A stretch of 64,000 bases of DNA from the NCBI GenBank assembly GCA_051294905.1, contig CM119372.1, forward strand, positions 40,426,001 to 40,490,000. Direction: 5' to 3'. Each line of letters begins with the position of its first letter. Within the stretch, counting starts at the first letter, position 1. The notes beneath the pieces were generated by a model. It was not told where the DNA came from and ran no database searches. It saw only the letters and a list, made by a program, of their open reading frames with translations. Positions 40,601 through 52,000 of this stretch are shown in pieces. Both the position numbers and the translations under genes were made by a program. Source of the stretch: Botryllus schlosseri (lineage: Eukaryota).

Positions 40601-43600
40601 TTGGCCAGCTGATAATACCGTCTGTTTAGGTCCGTTCCTGCGTAATGTGAAATATCGAATCACGATGCAGGCCATAACTCACATATTATTTCTCAAAATT
40701 ATCTAGCAAGCTCGGCTACTAGGAAGCCTGCTTATCAAATACGACTAATTGAAAAATCAGAGCGCACTCGGAGCATTTTGTAATGCGGACTCACCTTAAC
40801 ACAATCAATATGTAGGGTGATTGTATTACGGCGCTTGATTAGTACTTGAGTCGTATGTCCTTTTACTGGACACGGCGCAATCTTCGGAAGCCAGCAATCG
40901 AACCAATCTTATCTACAGACCCTGAACAAACTATGCTTGGCCAGCTGATAATACCGTCTGTTTAGTTCCGTTCCTGCGTAATGTGAAATATCGAATCACG
41001 ATGCAGGCCAAAACTCACAGATTATTTCTCAAAATTATCTAGCAAGCTCGGCTACTAGGAAGCCTGCTTATCAGATACGACTAATTGAAAAATCCGAGCG
41101 CACTCGGAGCATTTTGTAATGCGGACTCACCTTAAGACAATCAATATGTAAGGTGATTGTATTACGGGCGCTTGATTAGTTCTTGAGTCGTATGTCCTTT
41201 TACTGGACACGGCGCAATCTTCGGAAGCCAGCAATCGAACCAATCTCATCTACAGACCGTGAACAAACCATCATTGGCCAGCTGATAATACCGTCTGTTT
41301 AGGTCCGTTCCTGCGTAATGTGAAATATCGCATCACGATGCAGGCCAAAACTCACATATTATTTCTCAAAATTATCTAGCATGCTCGGCTCCTAGGAAGC
41401 CTGCTTATCAGGTACGACTAATTGAAAAATCCGAGCGCACCAGGAGCATTTTGTAATGCGGACTCACCTTAACACAATCAATATGTAAGGTGATTGTATT
41501 ACGGGCACTTAAGTAGTTCGTGAGTCGTATTTCCTTTTACTGGACACGGCGCAATCTTCGGAAGCCAGCAATCGAACCAATCTTATCTACAGACCCTGAA
41601 CAAACTATCATTGGCCAGCAGATAATACCGTCTGTTTCTGTCCGTTCCTGCGTAATGTGAAATATCGAATCACGATGCAGGCCAAAACTCACATATAATT
41701 TCTCAAAATTATCTAGCATGCTCGGCTCCTAGGAAGCCTGCTTATCAGGTACGACAAATTGAAAAATCCGAGCGCACTCGGAGCATTTTGTAATGCGGAC
41801 TCACCTTAACACAATCAATATGTAAGATGATTGTATTACGGGCGCTTGATTAGTTCGTGAGTCGTATGTACATTCGCTGGACACGGCGCAATCTTCGAAA
41901 GCCAGAAATCGATCCAATCTAATCTACAGAACCTGAACAAACCATCATTGGCCAGCTGATAATACCGATTGTTTAGATCGGTTCTTGCGTAATGTGAAAA
42001 ATCGAATCACGATGCAGGCCAAAACTCACATATTATTTCTCAAAATTATCTAGCAAGCTCGGCCACTTGGAAGCCTGCTTATCAGATACGAATAATTGAA
42101 AAATCCGAGCGCACTCGGAGCATTTTGTAATGCGGACTCACCTTAACACAATCAATATGTAAGATGATTGTATTACGGGCGCTTAAGTAGTTCGTGAGTC
42201 GTATGTACATTCGCTGGACACGGCGCAATCTTCGGAAGCCAGCAATCGAACCAATCTTATCTACAGACCCTGAACAAACTATCATTGGCCAGCTGATAAT
42301 ACCGTCTGTTTAGTTCCGTTCCTGCGTAATGTGAAATATCGAATCACGATGCAGGCCAAAACTCACAGATTATTTCTCAAAATTATCTAGCAAGCTCGGC
42401 TACTAGGAAGCCTGCTTATCAGATACGACTAATTGAAAAATCCGAGCGCACTCGGAGCATTTTGTAATGCGGACTCACCTTAACACAATCAATATGTAAG
42501 ATGACTGTATTACGGGCGCTTAAGTAGTTTGTGAGTCGTATGTACATTTGCTGGACACGGCGCAATCTTCGGAAGCCAGCAATCGAACCAATCTTATCTA
42601 CAGACCCTGAACAAACTATCATTGGCCAGCAGATAATACCGTCTGTTTCGGTCCGTTCCTGCGTAATGTGAAATATCGAATCACGATGCAGGCCAAAACT
42701 CACATATAATTTCTCAAAATTAACTAGCATGCTCGGCTCCTAGGAAGCCTGCTTATCAGATACGAATAATTGAAAAATCCGAGCGCACTCGGAGCATTTT
42801 GTAATGCGGACTCACCTTAACACAATCAATATGTAAGATGATTGTATTACGGGCGCTTGATTAGTTCGTGAGTCGTATGTACATTCGCTGGACACGGCGC
42901 AATCTTCGAAAGCCAGAAATCGATCCAATCTAATCTACAGAACCTGAACAAACCATCATTGGCCAGCTGATAATACCGTTTGTTTAGATCGGTTCTTGCG
43001 TAATGTGATAAATCGAATCACGATGCAGGCCAAAACTCACTTATTATTTCTCAAAATTATCTAGCAAGCTCGGCCACTAGGAAGCCTGCTTATCAGATAC
43101 GAATAATTGAAAAATCCGAGCGCACTCGGAGCATTTTGTAATGCGGACTCACCTTAACACAATCAATATGTAAGATGATTGTATTACGGGCGCTTAAGTA
43201 GTTCGTGAGTCGTATGTACATTCGCTGGACACGGCGCAATCTTCGGAAGCCAGCAATCGAACCAATCTTATCTACAGACCCTGAACAAACTATCATTGGC
43301 CAGCTGATAATACCGTCTGTTTAGTTCCGTTCCTGCGTAATGTGAAATATCGAATCACGATGCAGGCCAAAACTCACAGATTATTTCTCAAAATTATCTA
43401 GCAAGCTCGGCTACTAGGAAGCCTGCTTATCAGATACGACTAATTGAAAAATCCGAGCGCACTCGGAGCATTTTGTAATGCGGACTCACCTTAACACAAT
43501 CAATATGTAAGATGATTGTATTACGGGCGCTTAAGTAGTTTGTGAGTCGTATGTACATTTGCTGGACACGGCGCAATCTTCGGAAGCCAGCAATCGAACC

Positions 43601-46600
43601 AATCTTATCTACAGACCCTGAACAAACTATCATTGGCCAGCAGATAATACCGTCTGTTTCGGTCCGTTCCTGCGTAATGTGAAATATCGAATAACGATGC
43701 AGGCCAAAACTCACATATAATTTCTCAAAATTATCTAGCATGCTCGGCTCCTAGGAAGCCTGCTTATCAGGTACGACAAATTGAAAAATCCGAGCGCACT
43801 CGGAGCATTTTGTAATGCGGACTCACCTTAACACAATCAATATGTAAGATGATTGTATTACGGGCGCTTGATTAGTTCGTGAGTCGTATGTACATTCGCT
43901 GGACACGGCGCAATCTTCGAAAGCCAGAAATCGATCCAATCTAATCTACAGAACCTGAACAAACCATCATTGGCCAGCTGATAATACCGTTTGTTTAGAT
44001 CGGTTATTGCGTAATGTGAAAAATCGAATCACGATGCAGGCCAAAACTCACATATTATTTCTCAAAATTATCTAGCAAGCTCGGCCACTAGGAAGCCTGC
44101 TTATCAGATACGAATAATTGAAAAATCCGAGCGCACTCGGAGCATTTTGTAATGCGGACTCACCTTAACACAATCAATATGTAAGATGATTGTATTACGG
44201 GCGCTTAAGTAGTTCGTGAGTCGTATGTACATTCGCTGGACACGGCGCAATCTTCGGAAGCCAGCAATCGAACCAATCTTATCTACATACCCTGAACAAA
44301 CTATCATTGACCAGCTGATAATACCGTCTGTTTAGTTCCGTTCCTGCGTAATGTGAAATATCGAATCACGATGCAGGCCAAAACTCACAGATTATTTCTC
44401 AAAATTATCTAGCAAGCTCGGCTACTAGGAAGCCTGCTTATCAGATACGACTAATTGAAAAATCCGAGCGCACTCGGAGCATTTTGTAATGCGGACTCAC
44501 CTTAAGACAATCAATATGTAAGATGATTGTATTACGGGCGCTTGATTAGTTCTTGAGTCGTATGTCCTTTTACTGGACACGGCGCAATCTTCGGAAGCCA
44601 GCAATCGAACCAATCTTATCTACAGACCGTGAACAAACCATCATTGGCCAGCTGATAATACCGTCTGTTTAGATCGGTTCTTGCGTAATGTGAAATATCG
44701 AATCACGATGCAGGCCAAAACTCACATATTATTTCTCAAAATTATCTAGCAAGCTCGGCTCCTAGGAAGCCTGCTTATCAGGTACGACAAATTGAAAAAT
44801 CCGAGGGCACCAGGAGCATTTTGTAATGCGGACTCGTCTTAAGACAATCAATATGTAAGGTGATTGTATTACGGGCGCTTAAGTAGTTCGTGAGTCGTAT
44901 GTACATTCGCTGGACACGGCGCAATCTTCGAAAGCCAGCAATCGAACCAATCTTATCTACAGAACCTGAACAAACCATCATTGGCCAGCTGAAAACACCG
45001 TATTTTAGGTCGGTTCTTGCGTAATGTTAAAAATCGAATCACGTTGCAGGCCAAAACTCACATATTATTTCTCAAAATTATCTAGCAAGCTCGGCTACTA
45101 GGAAGCCTGCATATCAGATACGACTAATTGAAAAATCCGAGCGCACTCGGAGCATTTTGTAATGCGGACTCACCTTAACACAATCAATATGTAAGGTGAT
45201 TGTATTACGGGCGCTTGATTAGTACTTGAGTCGTATGTCCTTTTACTGGACACGGCGCAATCTTCGGAAGCCAGCAATCGAACCAATCTTATCTAGAGTC
45301 CGTGAACAAACCTTCATTGGCCAGCTGATAATACCGTCTGTTTAGGTCCGTTCCTGCGTAATGTGAAATATCGAATCACGATGCAGGCCATAACTCACAT
45401 ATTATTTCTCAAAATTATCTAGCAAGCTCGGCTACTAGGAAGCCTGCTTATCAAATACGACTAATTGAAAAATCCGAGCGCACTCGGAGCATTTTTTAAT
45501 GCGGACTCACCTTAACACAATCAATATGTAAGATGATTGCATTACGGGCGCTTAAGTAGTTCGTGAGTCGTACGTACATTCGCTGGACACGGCGCAATCT
45601 TCGGAAGCCAGCAATCGAACCAATCTTATCTACAGACCCTGAACAAACTATCATTGGCCAGCTGATAATACCGTCTGCTTAGTTCCGTTCCTGCGTAATG
45701 TGAAATATCGAATCACGATGCAGGCCAAAACTCACAGATTATTTCTCAAAATTATCTAGCAAGCTCGGCTACTAGGAAGCCTGCTTATCAGATACGACTA
45801 ATTGAAAAATCCGAGCGCACTCGGAGCATTTTGTAATGCGGACTCACCTTAACACAATCAATATGTAAGATGATTGTATTAAGGGCGCTTAAGTAGTTTG
45901 TGAGTCGTATGTACATTTGCTGGACACGGCGCAATCTTCGGAAGCCATCAATCGAACCAATCTTATCTACAGACCCTGAACAAACTATCATTGGCCAGCA
46001 GATAATACCGTCTGTTTCGGTCCGTTCCTGCGTAATGTGAAATATCGAATCACGATGCAGGCCAAAACTCACATATAATTTCTCAAAATTATCTAGCATG
46101 CTCGGCTCCTAGGAAGCCTGCTTATCACGTACGACAAATTGAAAAATCCGAGCGCACTCGGAGCATTTTGTAATGCGGACTCACCTTAACACAATCAATA
46201 TGTAAGATGATTGTATTACGGGCGCTTGATTAGTTCGTGAGTCGTATGTACATTCGCTGGACACGGCGCAATCTTCGAAAGCCAGAAATCGATCCAATCT
46301 AATCTACAGAACCTGAACAAACCATCATTGGCCAGCTGATAATACCGTTTGTTTAGATCGGTTATTGCGTAATGTGAAAAATCGAATCACGATGCAGGCC
46401 AAAACTCACATATTATTTCTCAAAATTATCTAGCAAGCTCGGCCACTAGGAAGCCTGCTTATCAGATACGAATAATTGAAAAATCCGAGCGCACTCGGAG
46501 CATTTTGTAATGCGGACTCACCTTAAGACAATCAATATGTAAGATGATTGTATTACGGGCGCTTGATTAGTTCTTGAGTCGTATGTCCTTTTACTGGACA

Positions 46601-47023
46601 CGGCGCAATCTTCGGAAGCCAGCAATCGAACCAATCTTATCTACAGACCGTGAACAAACCATCATTGGCCAGCTGATAATACCGTCTGTTTAGATCGGTT
46701 CTTGCGTAATGTGAAATATCGAATCACGATGCAGGCCAAAACTCACAGATTATTTCTCAAAATTATCTAGCAAGCTCGGCTACTAGGAAGCCTGCTTATC
46801 AGATACGACTAATTGAAAAATCCGAGCGCACTCGGAGCATTTTGTAATGCGGACTCACCTTAACACAATCAATATGTAAGATGATTGTATTACGGGCGCT
46901 TGATTAGTTCGTGAGTCGTATGTACATTCGCTGGACACGGCGCAATCTTCGGAAGCCAGCAATCGAACCAATCTTATCTACAGACCGTGAACAAACCATC
47001 ATTGGCCAGCTGATAATACCGTC

Positions 47024-47399
47024 TGTTCGCGCTTGCGCATTTTATTTGTTAATCCTGATTTTAGTAATCATTTGTAATCAAGCCTTTTCAGATAGGCTGT
47101 TCTTACCGCTATATAAAGCGTCTGCGGACCACCATTTGTTGGTTATTTACGTTGACGCAAAATTAATTGTAAATCTTACATTAGTTACGTTTATCTTGAT
47201 TCTGTTACGTTCGCCGGCTGTATGTTGCTGTTGCTGTGCTAAGTATGAGCTATCATCATCAAGTTGGGCGTGCTATTGTGTTATTAAAGTCATGGATCAC
47301 GTGTATGAATTACAACGATTAGCATCCGTAGATAACCCAATAGACAGGCTTCTGCGCCTATAATCGGCAGCGCATGATTCAGACTGCCGCGCAGAAACA
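47024..47399 (+). repeat. 5' LTR (376 bp)
   Basis: Direct repeat of 48632-49007. Confidence 0.95.
47110..47117 (+). promoter_or_regulatory. Putative LTR TATA box
   Basis: TATATAAA about 86 bp into the LTR, in the orientation implied by the PPT. Confidence 0.6.
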
Positions 47400-47414
47400 A
47401 TTTACAATTAATTT
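47400..47414 (+). promoter_or_regulatory. Putative self-complementary primer-binding site
   Basis: ATTTACAATTAATTT is the exact reverse complement of LTR bases 47160-47174 (AAATTAATTGTAAAT). Confidence 0.65.
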
Positions 47415-48257
47415 GCAATCTACAATCAATTCGCCGATGGAAGATTTACTTTCGAATGCTCTCTACATTGAAGAGTGCGTTTTCTCTTGGACGGAGCGGA
47501 CGATTGCGATGTTTCCATATTCTATGTTCATCGTTCACCGTCTCGCCAATCAAGAGTTCGGTTTCATTCCGTCAGTTCAGTTTTCGTATTCCAACAACGC
47601 GTTGATCTTGTTTACAGCATTCTCCCTCCGTTTGTCTGAAAGTCGCATCGATTGCATGGCTTCCACATTCAGGATCATTGCAAAGATGGCAGCGCAACTG
47701 CATGGAGAGTATATTATCTCTCCAGATGATATCACCAGGGACCATATTCACTCGGGTGCTTGAGTCACAGTTGCCGACAGAAATGCACAAACGTTGGATG
47801 CGGAAGATTGAAACGGCCTCTTGGAGATGATCGAGAACTGCACCTGACGATGACGCGGATTGGCATTCAAGGCAGCAGAGGGTCGAGACGGTACAATTTC
47901 TCTGCACATACATTCATTCCTCTGCGCAGTCCCTTCAGTTTCGCCCCTGCTACCGTTGCCTCATTGTATTGACGCTCACCGTCTGTTAGATTTGTGTCAG
48001 GCACCTCGCATCGAAACGAGAATTCGGCTATTTGAAGAATTTCTACCGAGCAATGCCGGAAATATTGTTATGATTCCGGAATATTCATTTCGAGCTATTG
48101 CACGTTGCGGGGACGCCTCTAAGATTATTTCGACTTTTCCGAAGGTGACGAATTTTCCAGAGTGAGATACGATTCATCCGACATCGAGAGTCATCATCAC
48201 GCGCCTAAGTGAAACTGTCCAAGTTGAGTCGCGTTCGATTGTCTGCGTTCATTCATA

Positions 48258-48478
48258 GTGATTTATTCTCGTCGCTTGTAGACATGCTGAACGCCTCGTT
48301 ACCAATTCAAAGTGATCTATTATCATCGCTTGTGTAGTTGCTGACTGCTTCCATATTTATTCCAAATAATTTATTCTTCTCGCCTGTAGAGAGTCGAACG
48401 CCACCCTACCATTTAAAAAGTGATTCATTCTCATCGCTTGTAGAGCTGGTGAACGCCTTTCTACTATTTAGGGTGATA
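48258..48478. repeat. Four degenerate 54-bp tandem units inside the LTR element
   Basis: gtgatttattctcatcgcttgtaga-like motif at 48258, 48312, 48366 and 48420. Confidence 0.8.
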
Positions 48479-48631
48479 TATATATATTGTATTTTGGATC
48501 GGAGGTTCAGCAGCTCTTTGTATGTTGGTCATTGTACAATCTCACTTTGCCTATGTGGATGATGATTCGAGTGATTCGGACCGTGTATTACATTGATAAT
48601 TCTGTTGACTGGGATCAGTCAAATGGAGGAG

Positions 48632-49007
48632 TGTTCGCGCTTGCGCATTTTATTTGTTAATCCTGATTTTAGTAATCATTTGTAATCAAGCCTTTTCAGA
48701 TAGGCTGTTCTTACCGCTATATAAAGCGTCTGCGGACCACCATTTGTTGGTTATTTACGTTGACGCAAAATTAATTGTAAATCTTACATTAGTTACGTTT
48801 ATCTTGATTCTGTTACGTTCGCCGGCTGTATGTTGCTGTTGCTGTGCTAAGTATGAGCTATCATCATCAAGTTGGGCGTGCTATTGTGTTATTAAAGTCA
48901 TGGATCACGTGTATGAATTACAACGATTAGCATCCGTAGATAACCCAATAGACAGGCTTCTGCGCCTATAATCGGCAGCGCATGATTCAGACTGCCGCGC
49001 AGAAACA
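48632..49007 (+). repeat. 3' LTR (376 bp)
   Basis: Direct repeat of 47024-47399, preceded by the PPT. Confidence 0.95.
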
Positions 49008-52000
49008 CCGTCTGTTTAGATCGGTTCTTGCGTAATGTGAAATATCGAATCACGATGCAGGCCAAAACTCACATATTATTTCTCAAAATTATCTAGCAAG
49101 CTCGGCTCCTAGGAAGCCTGCTTATCAGGTACGACTAATTGAAAAATCCGAGCGCACTCGGAGCATTTTGTAATGCGGACTCACCTTAACACAATCAATA
49201 TGTAAGATGATTGTATTACGGGCGCTTAAGTAGTTCGTGAGTCGTATGTACATTCGCTGGACACGGCGCAATCTTCGAAAGCCAGCAATCGAACCAATCT
49301 TATCTACAGAACCTGAACAAACCATCATTATCCAGCTGAAAACACCGTATTTTAGGTCGGTTCTTGCGTAATGTTAAAAATCGAATCACGTTGCAGGCCA
49401 AAACTCACATATTATTTCTCAAAATTATCTAGCAAGCTCGGCTACTAGGAAGCCTGCATATCAGATACGACTAATTGAAAAATCCGAGCGCACTCGGAGC
49501 ATTTTGTAATGCGGACTCACCTTAACACAATCAATATGTAAGGTGATTGTATTACGGGCGCTTGATTAGTACTTGAGTCGTATGTCCTTTTACTGGACAC
49601 GGCGCAATCTTCGGAACCAGCGATCGAACCAATCTTATCTAGAGTCCGTGAACAAACCTTCATTGGCCAGCTGATAATACCGTCTGTTTAGGTCCGTTCC
49701 TGCGTAATGTGAAATATCGAATCACGATGCAGGCCATAACTCACATATTATTTCTCAAAATTATCTAGCAAGCTCGGCTACTAGGAAGCCTGCTTATCAA
49801 ATACGACTAATTGAAAAATCCGAGCGCACTCGGAGCATTTTTTAATGCGGACTCACCTTAACACAATCAATATGTAAGATGATTGCATTACGGGCGCTTA
49901 AGTAGTTCGTGAGTCGTACGTACATTCGCTGGACACGGCGCAATCTTCGGAAGCCAGCAATCGAACCAATCTTATCTACAGACCCTGAACAAACTATCAT
50001 TGGCCAGCTGATAATACCGTCTGTTTAGGTCCGTTCCTGCGTAATGTGAAATATCGAATCACGATGCAGGCCAAAACTCACGTATTATTTCTCAAAATTA
50101 TCTAGCATGCTCGGCTCCTAGGAAGCCTGCTTATCAGGTACGACAAATTGAGAAATCCGAGCGCACCAGGAGCATTTTGTATTGCGGACTAACCTTAACA
50201 CAATCAATATGTAAGGTGATTGTATTACGGGCACTTGAGTAGTTCGTGAGTCGTATGTCCTTTTACTGGACACGGCGCAATCTTAGGAAGCCAGCAATCG
50301 AACCAATCTTATCTACAGACCCTGAACAAACCATCATTGGCCAGCTGATAACACCGTCTGTTTAGATCGGTTCTTGCGTAATGTGAAAAATCGAATCACG
50401 ATGCAGGCCAAAACTCACATTTTATTTCTCAAAATTATCTAGCAAGCTCGGCTACTAGGAAGCCTGTTTATCAGATACGACTAATTGAAAAATCCGAGCG
50501 CACTCGGAGCATTTTGTAATGCGGACTCACCTTAACACAATCAATATGTAAGATGATTGTATTACGGGCGCTTAAGTAGTTTGTGAGTCGTATGTACATT
50601 TGCTGGACACGGTGCAATCTTCGGAAGCCAGCAATCGAACCAATCTTATCTACAGACCCTGAACAAACTGTCATTGGCCAGCTGATAATACCGTCTGTTT
50701 CGGTCCGTTCCTGCGTAATGTGAAATATCGAATCACGATGCAGGCCAAAACTCACATTTTATTTCTCAAAATTATCTAGCAAGCTCGGCTACTAGGAAGC
50801 CTGTTTATCAGATACGACTAATTGAAAAATCCGAGCGCACTCGGAGCATTTTGTAATGCGGACTCACCTTAACACAATCAATATGTAAGATGATTGTATT
50901 ACGGGCGCTTAAGTAGTTTGTGAGTCGTATGTACATTTGCTGGACACGGCGCAATCTTCGGAAGCCAGCAATCGAACCAATCTTATCTACAGACCCTGAA
51001 CAAACTATCATTGGCCAGCTGATAATACCGTCTGTTTCGGTCCGTTTCTGCGTAATGTGAAATATCGAATCACGATGCAGGCCAAAACTCAGATATAATT
51101 TCTCAAAATTATCTAGCATGCTCGGCTCCTAGGAAGCCTGCTTATCAGGTACGACAAATTGAAAAATCCGAGCGCACTCGGAGCATTTTGTAATGCGGAC
51201 TCACCTTAACACAATCAATATGTAAGATGATTGTATTACGGGCGCTTAAGTAGTTCGTGAGTCGTATGTACATTCGCTGGACACGGCGCAATCTTCGGAA
51301 GCCAGCAATCGAACCAATCTTATCTACAGACCCTGAACAAACTATCATTGGCCAGCTGATAATACCGTCTGTTTAGTTCCGTTCCTGCGTAATGTGAAAT
51401 ATCGAATCACGATGCAGGCCAAAACTCACAGATTATTTCTCAAAATTATCTAGCAAGCTCGGCTACTAGGAAGCCTGCTTATCAGATACGACTAATTGAA
51501 AAATCCGAGCGCACTCGGAGCATTTTGTAATGCGGACTCACCTTAAGACAATCAATATGTAAGATGATTGTATTACGGGCGCTTGATTAGTTCTTGAGTC
51601 GTATGTCCTTTTACTGGACACGGCGCAATCTTCGGAAGCCAGCAATCGAACCAATCTTATCTACAGACCGTGAACAAACCATCATTGGCCAGCTGATAAT
51701 ACCGTCTGTTTAGATCGGTTCTTGCGTAATGTGAAATATCGAATCACGATGCAGGCCAAAACTCACATATTATTTCTCAAAATTATCTAGCAAGCTCGGC
51801 TCCTAGGAAGCCTGCTTATCAGGTACGACAAATTGAAAAATCCGAGGGCACCAGGAGCATTTTGTAATGCGGACTCGTCTTAAGACAATCAATATGTAAG
51901 GTGATTGTATTACGGGCGCTTAAGTAGTTCGTGAGTCGTATGTACATTCGCTGGACACGGCGCAATCTTCGAAAGCCAGCAATCGAACCAATCTTATCTA

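Larger units (their letters stand above)
47024..49007 (+). mobile_element. Young non-autonomous LTR retroelement, 1984 bp, without a tRNA PBS
   Basis: 376-bp LTRs 47024-47399 and 48632-49007 with TGTT...AACA ends and no differences seen by eye; 5-bp TSD CCGTC (47019-47023, 49008-49012); purine-rich tract AAATGGAGGAG at 48621-48631; no gag/pol motifs. Confidence 0.95.

Noticed and set aside
46911..47363. 150-aa and 105-aa (48654-48971) hydrophobic, Cys-rich ORFs
   Set aside because: They lie within the LTRs, one starting in satellite, lack ATG starts and reflect T-rich LTR composition.
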